Shown here: piece after piece, positions 10,494 through 19,287 of the stretch | Position numbering within the stretch: position 1 is the first letter of the stretch | Layout: every line of letters starts with the position of its first letter | Source: a virus | Virus record (IMG/VR): IMGVR_UViG_3300028384_000657 | Location: 10,152-74,151 of that record | Reading direction: 5' to 3' (one strand) | DNA length: 64,000 bases | The notes under the pieces: model-generated | What the model was told of the DNA's origin: nothing | Database searches by the model: none | What the model saw: the letters and a program-made list of their open reading frames with translations, nothing else | Program-made: the position numbers and the translations under genes

Positions 10494-11121
10494 ATTTGAA
10501 ATCAAACCACACTGGATACAACAACCAGGATGGTTATACGCAGTTGTTCCTGACTCAGTTAAGGAAGAACTGATTAAATCCATGGAGACCCCTGGAGAGG
10601 ACGCTAGAAGCACTCTCAGGGGTCATCTCAAAGAAGAGTATTCACTTCCTCTAACCGAGGAAGTTTCTCAGTTTACACGGTTCCTATCGTATCAGTACAT
10701 CGAAACCTTTGGTGTGCAAGCGAATATGGGAATCCAAGAAGATTTTCAAAGAAAGGATCCTGACTTTGAGTTAGGTCAACTATGGGTTAACTATCAAAGT
10801 AAGTATGATTTTAATCCAAGTCATATTCATTCGGGAGTTTTTTCATTCGTTATCTGGGTGAAGCTCCCTTACAATTGGCAAGAAGAGAGAGAAAGATATC
10901 CAAAAGCAAATGGTAATGAGACTGCTGCATTTTATTTTACATATAGCAGTCCTATGGGAGGACTAGATGCACATTACATCAACTTAGATTCTGCATGGGA
11001 GTGGTCTATGGTGTTCTTCCCTGCCAGAATGTATCATGGCGTGAACCCATTTTATACATCTGACGAGAAACGCATATCGATCTCGGGTAATATATACGTT
11101 GTAGACAAATCATATTCCTAA
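10480..11121 (+). CDS. Putative 2OG-Fe(II) oxygenase
   Basis: LWVNYQ, HIH, FFPARMYHGV, RISISGN. Confidence 0.75.
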   Translation: MSTHEFEIKPHWIQQPGWLYAVVPDSVKEELIKSMETPGEDARSTLRGHLKEEYSLPLTEEVSQFTRFLSYQYIETFGVQANMGIQEDFQRKDPDFELGQLWVNYQSKYDFNPSHIHSGVFSFVIWVKLPYNWQEERERYPKANGNETAAFYFTYSSPMGGLDAHYINLDSAWEWSMVFFPARMYHGVNPFYTSDEKRISISGNIYVVDKSYS

Positions 11122-11145
11122 ATAGAGCTGCCACGCTATCTACTA

Positions 11146-11436
11146 ATGAAAGATACAAAACCTCAGGTAGATGAGAAGGGAGATGACGATGATAAGAGTG
11201 AAGTTCTTGGTAACTTAGTTAAAGTTGTTGTTCTTATATGGTCTGCCTCTCTACTAACGTTCTCTTACGTTAGACTTCCTAACGGTCAAAAAATTCTAGA
11301 TTTTGATCCGACGTTTATAGCCTCGGTATTTTCTGGATCTTTAGCTGCGTTCGGATTGAGTCCTGCTAAAAATGGTAGTTCTGCTAAGAAAGCACCCGAG
11401 ATCAAGAAAAAAGAAGAAGTTGAACCAAAGGTATAA
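11146..11436 (+). CDS. Hypothetical membrane protein (2 TM)
   Basis: Two hydrophobic segments; DPTFIASVFSGSLAAFG. Confidence 0.7.
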   Translation: MKDTKPQVDEKGDDDDKSEVLGNLVKVVVLIWSASLLTFSYVRLPNGQKILDFDPTFIASVFSGSLAAFGLSPAKNGSSAKKAPEIKKKEEVEPKV

Positions 11437-11438
11437 TT

Positions 11439-11681
11439 ATGCAAAAAATTATTAATACACTAGCAGTGCTCTCTTTCATCGGTGTCTCAGGCATCGTCGG
11501 TGGTGGAGCATATGTTTATTTCCAAAGAGATGCACTGATTGAATCCGCTAAGGCGAAGATCACTGCAGCGGCAGCAGAGGCGCTTACAGGAGCACTTCCT
11601 GGTATGTTAGATAGCGCAGTTCCTAAGGCTATGCCTGGGGCGACAGGTCTGCCTGTTCCCGTTAAACTACCAGGACAATGA
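11439..11681 (+). CDS. Hypothetical membrane-anchored protein
   Basis: N-terminal hydrophobic helix. Confidence 0.65.
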   Translation: MQKIINTLAVLSFIGVSGIVGGGAYVYFQRDALIESAKAKITAAAAEALTGALPGMLDSAVPKAMPGATGLPVPVKLPGQ

Positions 11682-12238
11682 AACCCCTACACTGGTTCGC
11701 AGGTGGGCTCGGTGTCATTCTTGGCATTGGGCACATTGGCATGATTGGGATGATTGCTCGTAATAATACGTTTCCAACTATCAATCCACCTGTAGGAGAG
11801 TACTCTTCTTATAAAGCAAAGGTTGGACCTGATGGATATGAGATCGATTACAAAGGTAACGATCCTAAAACCATGGAGGTTGAAAAGTTTGTCGATAAGA
11901 AGAATGGATTCTTCGGTATCGGTGGTAAATCTGTTGTAACCTTCAAAGAAGAATATACTATGGATGGTCAACGCCACCTAGGAGGTAACGGCGAGGGAAA
12001 GTTAACCGCTGCCAAACTCGCATGTATCGAAACGGTGGGAGGTGGCAAACAGACTGGTCGTGTCGTCGGCGCTAGCATGGGTGCCGCTGCTGCTCCTGCT
12101 GTGACGGGGATACCCTTCGTAGGACCCGTTCTAGGCGGTCTGGTTGCTATCTTCGCATCTGATAAGGGTGCTGAGGTTGGTGGTGAAATTGCTACTGAAT
12201 TAAGTGAGGACTGTGAGGATGGAGATACCAAAGATTAG
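11678..12238 (+). CDS. Hypothetical protein with glycine-zipper-like C-terminus
   Basis: N-terminal TM segment; GxxxG repeats flanked by two Cys. Confidence 0.65.
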   Translation: MKPLHWFAGGLGVILGIGHIGMIGMIARNNTFPTINPPVGEYSSYKAKVGPDGYEIDYKGNDPKTMEVEKFVDKKNGFFGIGGKSVVTFKEEYTMDGQRHLGGNGEGKLTAAKLACIETVGGGKQTGRVVGASMGAAAAPAVTGIPFVGPVLGGLVAIFASDKGAEVGGEIATELSEDCEDGDTKD

Positions 12239-12998
12239 TATTCCCCGTAGGGAGATTGGCGTTAAGCAGATCCCTAGGGTATACACTCCACAATGGTTAA
12301 AGGAAGCACCTACGGTTATTCCTCCCAATCCTCCAGTAACTAGTCAGATTGGTGTGCCTATCATCAATCTGCCTGGTTGTGTTGAAGCACATGAACAGAA
12401 TAGTGGTAAAGAGAAGAGTGGTATTCTTTCTGCAGATGACCCTAAAGGTGTTAAGGTCTTCTGTGACTCTGGTGTGCCATCTTTCAATCCTATTGATTAT
12501 GACAAAGATAAATTAAAGTTTCCTCCGAAGAAAACAGAACCTCCGAAGATTGCACCACCAAAACCTCCAGAGACTAAAACACCAGAGGTTCCCAAAACAG
12601 AGAAACCTGAGTGTCCTACAAAAGTGCAGAAGATTGAAGCACCTGTAGGTACGTTGACTGATGCTGGTAAGAAAAAGATTGTAGAGTATAGACTGGTCGA
12701 GAAGCAGTGTGTTGCGATCAAAGAAGATTTAAAAATACCTGATCAAATTGTCAAAGCAATTCCATCAGTAGGGCAGGTTACAACTACAGCAGGTATCACC
12801 ATCATTGCAACTGCTGCAGCAACTGCAACACCATTCTTACTGAAAGTTGTTAAACCTATTGTTAAACAGATAATCAAAAAAATTAAGAAGGCACTCGGAA
12901 AAGAACCTCCTAAGTTATCTCAGAGCGAAGTTCGTGCCAATAAGTATAGAGAAAAGAAAGGGTTGCCTGAACTCAAGCAACCCAAAAAGAAGAAGTAA
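12219..12998 (+). CDS. Hypothetical Pro-rich protein with C-terminal hydrophobic segment and basic tail
   Basis: Long ORF; ATG at 12219 overlaps the upstream gene. Confidence 0.65.
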   Translation: MEIPKISIPRREIGVKQIPRVYTPQWLKEAPTVIPPNPPVTSQIGVPIINLPGCVEAHEQNSGKEKSGILSADDPKGVKVFCDSGVPSFNPIDYDKDKLKFPPKKTEPPKIAPPKPPETKTPEVPKTEKPECPTKVQKIEAPVGTLTDAGKKKIVEYRLVEKQCVAIKEDLKIPDQIVKAIPSVGQVTTTAGITIIATAAATATPFLLKVVKPIVKQIIKKIKKALGKEPPKLSQSEVRANKYREKKGLPELKQPKKKK

Positions 12999-13886
12999 TT
13001 ATCTCTTTTTCTCTATAGGAGGACCTAAGTCCTCTGCTTTTGTAGAAACTTTTCGGGGAATCTGATGAACGTGTGGTGCAATAGCATTTTTATTTTGCAC
13101 TACGATATCTTGGCACAGACGATAATAAGGACTCCATGATGCGAAGGAGATACCTTTCTGTGCCATTTCACCGCACTTGGTTAATCTTGTAAGCTCAAAT
13201 TCCAATCTACGATTAGCAGTCATTTGACTACGCAATTCATTATGGTGTTGTGCAGCTTCTTTACAAAGTTGTTGTTGCTTTCTATCTAATGGCCAAGAGA
13301 TAGTAGCAGAGAAACCTGCGTTCCAGTTATAGTTATCTTTCTGACCAGTTCTTATTCTTCGATGATATAATATCTCTCCTGGGCGATCGGGAATTCCATC
13401 CCCAACTGCATTTCCATCAGCATCAAAATCACCTTCTAGATCCAGTACATTATATACAGGATCATCATAGTGAGATTCAAATGGAAACTGCCAACTATAG
13501 CTTCGTGTCACATATGGAGTCACATTAAGTGTAGGACCCTGACAACTAATGCCGTCTCCGTAAGTGTTAGTGATATAAGGACCTTGTAAAACCTGAATGG
13601 CTTGATTGGTCACTGAGCCAGAGCTATTCGCGACTGGAGCTGCTGTTGCACTTACACCCCCTACAGTTTCCGCCAGTGTGGCAGGGGCAGTCGCAATTGA
13701 TGTTAGACATAGTGCTATTGGGTAAAGATACTTGTGGTGTCTGTTACGCTTTGAATTTTTGTTGTTCTCTCGATAATTGTATGGTTCGAGAGACCTGGAG
13801 CCATGTAAGATTCTACGAACGAGAATTGTCCTCCAGGAGTTGTTTGACTCCATGTTGGTCTCGTTCCCATATTCAATCCTGTCCAT
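12999..13886 (-). CDS. Hypothetical secreted protein (start uncertain)
   Basis: Internal signal-peptide-like KYLYPIALCLTSIATAPATLA; conserved-looking Cys pattern. Confidence 0.65.
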   Translation of the reverse strand: MDRIEYGNETNMESNNSWRTILVRRILHGSRSLEPYNYRENNKNSKRNRHHKYLYPIALCLTSIATAPATLAETVGGVSATAAPVANSSGSVTNQAIQVLQGPYITNTYGDGISCQGPTLNVTPYVTRSYSWQFPFESHYDDPVYNVLDLEGDFDADGNAVGDGIPDRPGEILYHRRIRTGQKDNYNWNAGFSATISWPLDRKQQQLCKEAAQHHNELRSQMTANRRLEFELTRLTKCGEMAQKGISFASWSPYYRLCQDIVVQNKNAIAPHVHQIPRKVSTKAEDLGPPIEKKR

Positions 13887-14197
13887 GTCGAAGAAATACC
13901 ATTACTATTAGTTGTTGATGCAGGAGCTCTTACGCTCTGCTGTTCTGTTCCCGAAGGGGCAATATTGCCGCCAGAAGGTTTTACCCCATGACCACTTACA
14001 GAATATGTATATCCTGTGTTGTAGTCCATCGAGTTAATAACCTCAACCACCTCAGATGTCGTCTCTGTGTGAGTCGTCATTTGGCCCTGCTGGAAATTTG
14101 GGACCACGGGGACCGCCTGGGCAGGTGCAGCAGAAATTAAGACTACCACCGCACTTGTCGCAGTAAATATGAAGGTCTTTCCAGAAAGGATGCTCAC
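13715..14197 (-). CDS. Hypothetical secreted Ser/Thr-rich protein
   Basis: Signal peptide ending AQA, then VPVVPNF. Confidence 0.7.
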   Translation of the reverse strand: MSILSGKTFIFTATSAVVVLISAAPAQAVPVVPNFQQGQMTTHTETTSEVVEVINSMDYNTGYTYSVSGHGVKPSGGNIAPSGTEQQSVRAPASTTNSNGISSTWTGLNMGTRPTWSQTTPGGQFSFVESYMAPGLSNHTIIERTTKIQSVTDTTSIFTQ

Positions 14198-14208
14198 GAG
14201 GATTCTCC

Positions 14209-14694
14209 TTACTTGATGAGGAGCTCACTAGAGAACTGTCCGATTGCAGATGTTCCTGCGCCGCCAGCTGTCAGTGACATTGTTCCTGACGAATCGATCG
14301 TTCCAGCTAAGGATCCAGCAGATCCAGCTGCATTACTCGTCATGATACCGAAGTTTTGAACTTCTCCAGTAGTCGCTGCGCTTGTGGGGATGGCGTCAGC
14401 TTGTGTGAACGAGGCAGTGAAAGAAAATGCTTCTCCAGCAGTTGCTTGGGTTGCTGAAATAGAACCAGGAGAATATACACCAGACGTGATACCGCCAGTA
14501 GAGATTGTATTGACAGTTGTACCGTCTGTAGTGTTTACATTATTACCTGTGATACTGTATGAATTTCCTAATCTCGTCGCTTGTGTTGCTGCTGAATTCA
14601 CTTGCAGTTGAACACTAGAAGATAGTCGATGGGTGATATCAGCGTGTGCTGGTGCTGCCATCAAGAGCATAACGAATGGTAAAATTTTACGCAT
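14209..14694 (-). CDS. Hypothetical secreted Ser/Thr/Gly-rich beta protein
   Basis: Signal peptide MRKILPFVMLLMAAPAHA. Confidence 0.7.
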   Translation of the reverse strand: MRKILPFVMLLMAAPAHADITHRLSSSVQLQVNSAATQATRLGNSYSITGNNVNTTDGTTVNTISTGGITSGVYSPGSISATQATAGEAFSFTASFTQADAIPTSAATTGEVQNFGIMTSNAAGSAGSLAGTIDSSGTMSLTAGGAGTSAIGQFSSELLIK

Positions 14695-14736
14695 TTTTCC
14701 ATCGATGAGGGTGCTATTCTATATAGGGAATTTAGC

Positions 14737-14765
14737 TTGACATACCCTGTTCAAGATGCTACCAT
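14737..14765 (+). promoter_or_regulatory. sigma70-type promoter
   Basis: TTGACA-17 bp-TACCAT. Confidence 0.65.
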
Positions 14766-15271
14766 ATGTGAGTAACGCAACGGACCCTGCCTTGGACTCC
14801 ACCACACTCCCCGAAATCAACTACGATGAGGTCTACCAGTTTGATCTGACTAGTCAAGTCAAGTTCTGGAAACTGCCTCAAGAAGAAGTCTTTGAACTCT
14901 TCCGTGATGGTCGAACTGCGTCTCGTTTTCTTGAGCGCATGGTCCCTCGTCTCTTTGCTGACTTTAAGTATGTTGATGAGAAAGGTTATGATTGGTTGCG
15001 TAGGGCGATTGAAAAGGTAGAAGGTAAGTGTGTGACCAAGAATGGTTGTAAGTTCGCTCCTTCTGCTATGGTTGGATCTGGTCGTAAGATCATTCCTGAA
15101 GAAGTAAAGGAACATATTGAAGAGAATGACCTTGACTATATCCTCATGGATATTGTAGAATTCCCTTTGGTTCGTATGCGATTTGTGAAGGGTAGCGATC
15201 TGATTGCAACTCATCCTAATTGTGATATCTCCAAAGCAAAGAAGTGGCGCACCAAGTATTTCAACGTATGA
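14756..15271 (+). CDS. Putative PD-(D/E)XK restriction-endonuclease-like protein
   Basis: FLE...GYD...VEGK spacing; ATGA overlap with a methyltransferase; true start probably downstream of 14756. Confidence 0.5.
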   Translation: MLPYVSNATDPALDSTTLPEINYDEVYQFDLTSQVKFWKLPQEEVFELFRDGRTASRFLERMVPRLFADFKYVDEKGYDWLRRAIEKVEGKCVTKNGCKFAPSAMVGSGRKIIPEEVKEHIEENDLDYILMDIVEFPLVRMRFVKGSDLIATHPNCDISKAKKWRTKYFNV

Positions 15272-16056
15272 TTTATTTGAAAGATTGTCTAGAAGGAATG
15301 AAAGAACTGGAGGATGGAAGCATTGATGCTATCATCACTTCTCCTCCGTACAATCTCAATATTAAATATGGAAGGTATTCTGACAACAAACCTCGTCAAG
15401 AATACCTTTCTTGGTTGGTAGATATTTTTCGTGAAGCAAAACGTATTCTTGCAGATGATGGTCATCTGTTTGTCAATATGGGATATTCTAATATCGATCC
15501 TTGGATTGGTATGGAAGTAGGTCTTGCACTTCGCGAAGACTGGATTCTCCAGAATCATATCAACTGGGTCAAATCTATTCATGTAAATGGAAAGACCTCT
15601 GGACATTTCAAACCAATCAATAGTAAAAGGTTTGTATGTCCTACCTGGGAACATCTGTTTCACTTTACCAAGGATGGTAATGTTGAGATCGATCGTCTCT
15701 CTGTCGGTGTTCAATATGAGTACTATGAAGCAAACATTCGCGGCAACAACACAGCAGAAACAAAACCAAATCTACGAGACAAGGGTAACTGTTGGTTCGT
15801 GCCGTATGAAACTATTAACAGTAAAGAACTCAGAGGAAAGCATCCTGCCACCTTCCCTGTCAAACTTGCTGAAGACTGTCTGAAACTCACTGGAAAGGAT
15901 ACTGGTATTGCTCTAGATCCTTTTATGGGCACAGGCACGACTGCTGTGGCAGCACAGATCCTTGGATGGGATTGCATTGGTTATGACATTGATGAAGATT
16001 ATATTAAGTTTGCTAATAATCGACTGAATCGGGGATTGACATCCTTCTTAAGTTGA
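15268..16056 (+). CDS. Beta-class N4-C/N6-A DNA methyltransferase
   Basis: TSPPY near the N-terminus; HPATFP and DPFMGTGTT near the C-terminus. Confidence 0.9.
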   Translation: MIYLKDCLEGMKELEDGSIDAIITSPPYNLNIKYGRYSDNKPRQEYLSWLVDIFREAKRILADDGHLFVNMGYSNIDPWIGMEVGLALREDWILQNHINWVKSIHVNGKTSGHFKPINSKRFVCPTWEHLFHFTKDGNVEIDRLSVGVQYEYYEANIRGNNTAETKPNLRDKGNCWFVPYETINSKELRGKHPATFPVKLAEDCLKLTGKDTGIALDPFMGTGTTAVAAQILGWDCIGYDIDEDYIKFANNRLNRGLTSFLS

Positions 16057-16064
16057 TATATAGT
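16036..16064 (+). promoter_or_regulatory. sigma70-type promoter
   Basis: TTGACA-17 bp-TATAGT. Confidence 0.7.
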
Positions 16065-16126
16065 TCTGTTGCTGCAATGGACAACTGTCCGCAGTGATTT
16101 CACTACTATATCCATAGGAGGATATC

Positions 16127-17191
16127 ATGACTCGAAAGAGAAAGACGATGGAAGATATCGTCACGGGATTGAACGTATCCCAAAATCCTGGTTCGACAGG
16201 TAGACCACTGAAGATCGAAGAGTGTGATAGAGAAAAAGCACTTCGTTTCTTCGTTGACCCTTTGTACCAACGACTTATTTCCCCTGCGAAACTGCAGAGT
16301 TATGGGCAGTTAGATTTTAATCTGCTTGTTCCTGTTGTTGTATCGCGCCGCCCTCTGTCTCTTGGTGAACTGCTTGCAGGTGACCACGTTATTGATGGGC
16401 AAAATAAAGTCGCCAAGTTTCTCCTGAGTCTGGTAGAGACTGGGTTGACTATTGCTATCTTGGAGCATGATGAAGATGCAACTTATGAAGAGGTGCTGGA
16501 AAAAGAAGCACTTGTCTTCAATCGCCTGAATACCTGGCGCAAGAAACTAACTACCATTGACAACCTTCGTTCTGAAGTTTGTTTTGGTGATCCTACTGCA
16601 TGTCACATTGAGAATGTTATGAAAACTCTCAATGTTGTTGCACAACCAGATACCTTTGGTTCTGACAAAAAGAATGCTTTCCCTGTAAAGTCTTTCACCC
16701 ACTTCTACTATTGTGTGAAGGATGACTATGATCTTAGTGAAGATGGAACACTGGCTCTTTCCGAAGGGTATGAGTTCTGGAAGTCCATTTATGGTTATGC
16801 TGGTTCTAGTGATGTTGTAAGCATCATTCCTGCTGCTTTCATGCATGGAACTGCATTCCGTGCTATCTGTTTCCTCAGAGAGTTTATTGAGAATGGTTTA
16901 CACAACGGTAAGCAGTCTCTGTTCCGTCAGTGGTGCCAGTCTCGAATTCCATTTATTTGGACGCAAGCAAAACTCGTTAAGGGTTTTGGATCTTTTGCAT
17001 CTCCTCGTTGGATCCTGTATCGTATCATCGAAAAGTATAATGAGGAAATCTCTATTAATGGTTCTGGAGCACAGACACTTGGACCTAAGACTTTGGTCGA
17101 AGCATCCCGAGTGAACTTTGACTTCTCACATCCTGATGAAGATCAGTGGCAGCGTATTGTTAACCCTCCAAAAAAGAAGGACGCTAAATAA
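16127..17191 (+). CDS. ParB/Srx-like (DGQHR-related) domain protein
   Basis: VDPLYQR, VVSRR, VIDGQNK, EALVFNRLN motifs; SD ggagg upstream. Confidence 0.6.
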   Translation: MTRKRKTMEDIVTGLNVSQNPGSTGRPLKIEECDREKALRFFVDPLYQRLISPAKLQSYGQLDFNLLVPVVVSRRPLSLGELLAGDHVIDGQNKVAKFLLSLVETGLTIAILEHDEDATYEEVLEKEALVFNRLNTWRKKLTTIDNLRSEVCFGDPTACHIENVMKTLNVVAQPDTFGSDKKNAFPVKSFTHFYYCVKDDYDLSEDGTLALSEGYEFWKSIYGYAGSSDVVSIIPAAFMHGTAFRAICFLREFIENGLHNGKQSLFRQWCQSRIPFIWTQAKLVKGFGSFASPRWILYRIIEKYNEEISINGSGAQTLGPKTLVEASRVNFDFSHPDEDQWQRIVNPPKKKDAK

Positions 17192-17269
17192 TATTGTCGC
17201 CTTCGTGCGCGACCGCTACAAACGGAATATACGCTACTATGAGACGGGTTTCACCACCCGTCTTTTTTT
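17191..17269 (+). ncRNA. Candidate small RNA ending in an intrinsic terminator
   Basis: TAAATA at 17185-17190; hairpin GTCGC/GCGAC; two CGCTAC copies; terminator AGACGGG/CCCGTCT plus T-run at 17242-17269. Confidence 0.4.
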
Positions 17270-17344
17270 GTACAATCTGTTAAATACTATTGGTTGCCTT
17301 CGGGGACCACACAATCAAACTCGCTTACAAAAGGAGCATAACAA

Positions 17345-17791
17345 ATGACTGGACTTAGAAAGTTCACCAGTAAAGATCTTGGTGCCATCGTAGACGCTGC
17401 AGAAAGATATAGCGTCGGACTCGATGATGTTTTTTATAGATTACATTCCTATGGAATGGGAACAGCAAACAATGCATATCCTCCATATAACTTAGTACAG
17501 GAATCAAATATTAAATGGAGGATTGAAGTAGCACTTGCTGGTTGGTCGAAGGACGAGATTGAAGTCTCTACAGAATCGAACGTCCTCCTAATCAGGTCTA
17601 AGACAGCGAAGAATAAAGGAGAAGAGGAATACATGCACAGAGGTATTTCTACTCGCACCTTCGCTAGAGGTTTCAACTTGTCAGACGATGTTGAGATTGG
17701 TGATGTGGCATTTAATAATGGAATGCTGACAATTGAGTTAAAGAAAATTATCCCAGAGCACCAGAAACTTCGTGTCTATGACATAGACTAA
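17345..17791 (+). CDS. hsp20: Small heat shock protein
   Basis: YPPYN, EVALAG, HRGIS, NGMLTIEL. Confidence 0.93.
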   Translation: MTGLRKFTSKDLGAIVDAAERYSVGLDDVFYRLHSYGMGTANNAYPPYNLVQESNIKWRIEVALAGWSKDEIEVSTESNVLLIRSKTAKNKGEEEYMHRGISTRTFARGFNLSDDVEIGDVAFNNGMLTIELKKIIPEHQKLRVYDID

Positions 17792-17853
17792 TCAAAGTTT
17801 ATTGATACCTTAAACTACCCATAACTCAATTGTAGCAGTAAGTATGCTATATT
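17787..17853 (+). promoter_or_regulatory. Putative Pho box (PhoB/SphR) plus -10 element
   Basis: YTTAAYYW-like units at exact 11-bp period (17787, 17798, 17809 CTTAAACT, 17820 CATAACTC); TATATT at 17848-17853; heads the pstS operon. Confidence 0.55.
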
Positions 17854-17903
17854 ACTTGGGCGATCGATCGGGGTCGCTTAAGTATACTTCACATGTAAAA
17901 GAA

Positions 17904-18278
17904 ATGAAAAAAGCACTGGCACTTTCTGCCCTGGCAGCACTCTCCGCTGCTTCCGTAGCACCTGCTATGGCTGGTCCTTACCTCACCACCAAAGTCGGAG
18001 TCAAGGGCGAAGGAAGCGAATTTGATAAGTCCTATGTAGAAACTCGTGTTGGTTATGAAACCAAGATGGGTAACCTTAAGCCTTATATCGAAGTTGGTCC
18101 CGCATGGGAAACTGGTAATGGTGAGGAGACTGAGAACTTTGGTCAACTCGAAGTTGGCACCAAGATCAAACTGACGGACAACCTGTCTTCTAAAGTCAAG
18201 GCAGAGTTCACCAACGCATTTGAGTCTGGTACAGATATGGAATGGAAGTACGAAGCAACTCTAACTTACGACTTCTGA
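17904..18278 (+). CDS. Small outer-membrane beta-barrel (porin-like) protein
   Basis: Signal peptide ...AMA-GPY, alternating beta pattern, C-terminal YDF. Confidence 0.65.
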   Translation: MKKALALSALAALSAASVAPAMAGPYLTTKVGVKGEGSEFDKSYVETRVGYETKMGNLKPYIEVGPAWETGNGEETENFGQLEVGTKIKLTDNLSSKVKAEFTNAFESGTDMEWKYEATLTYDF

Positions 18279-18320
18279 TCTATTAATATTTTCCTGTAAA
18301 CACTTCCTCACGAATCTAAA

Positions 18321-19286
18321 ATGAAAGCAATCGCCGCTATTGCTCTGGGAGCCACCGCTATGGTCGCTCCTATGGCAGCTCAAGCAGGATCGTTGGACGG
18401 TGCTGGAGCATCGTTCCCTGCTCCAATCTATCAACGTTGGTTCAAGGATTATACCGATAAGACAGGCAACCAAGTCAACTATCAAGCAGTTGGTAGTGGT
18501 GCTGGTGTCCGTCAATACAAAGCAGGCACTACCGACTTCGGTGCGTCTGACAAAGCAGTTTCTGATAAGAAACTTGCTGGCATCTCCCGTCCTATGGTTC
18601 AGATCCCTATGACTGGTGGTGCAATCGCTGTTGCATACAACAAGCCTGGTTGTGACCTCAAACTGTCCCAAGTCGAACTCGCTAAGGTCTTCTATGGACG
18701 TATTGATAACTGGTCGCAGCTCGGTTGTGCTGCAGGTCCTATCACTGTCGCTGTTCGCTCTGATGGTTCGGGCACGACCGCTGGTTTCACCAACTCTCTT
18801 TCTGCTTTCTCGCCTTATTGGGCAATCAAAGTAGGACGTGGTAAGTCGGTTGCATGGCCCGCTGCTGGCACTGTTGGTGGTAAGGGTAACTCTGGTGTTG
18901 CTGGTGTTATCAAGAACACCCCTGGTGCGATTGGTTACTTGAACTATGGTTATGTTGTTGGTGGCAAGTTCCAACAGGCTGCTGTTCAAAACAAAGCAGG
19001 TAACTATGTGAAAGCAAGTGGAGAAACCTCTGCTGCTGGTCTGTCCCAGATCAAACTGGACAGCAAACTGCGTGGATCCGACGCTAATCCCGCTGGTGCT
19101 AACGCATTCCCTATCGTTTCTCTGACCTGGATCCTTGCTGAACCTGGTCATAAGACCGATGCAGTCAAACCTGCTCTTCGTTATATGCTGAGTGAAGAAG
19201 CACAAGGTATTTCAGATTCTCTGGGATATGTACCTCTCCCCGAGTCTCTTCGACAGAAGTCCCTTGCTGCTGTGGAGGGTCTTTGA
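18321..19286 (+). CDS. pstS: Phosphate-binding protein
   Basis: GAGASFP, YQAVGSGAG, DFGASD, RSDGSGTT. Confidence 0.97.
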   Translation: MKAIAAIALGATAMVAPMAAQAGSLDGAGASFPAPIYQRWFKDYTDKTGNQVNYQAVGSGAGVRQYKAGTTDFGASDKAVSDKKLAGISRPMVQIPMTGGAIAVAYNKPGCDLKLSQVELAKVFYGRIDNWSQLGCAAGPITVAVRSDGSGTTAGFTNSLSAFSPYWAIKVGRGKSVAWPAAGTVGGKGNSGVAGVIKNTPGAIGYLNYGYVVGGKFQQAAVQNKAGNYVKASGETSAAGLSQIKLDSKLRGSDANPAGANAFPIVSLTWILAEPGHKTDAVKPALRYMLSEEAQGISDSLGYVPLPESLRQKSLAAVEGL

Positions 19287-19287
19287 T

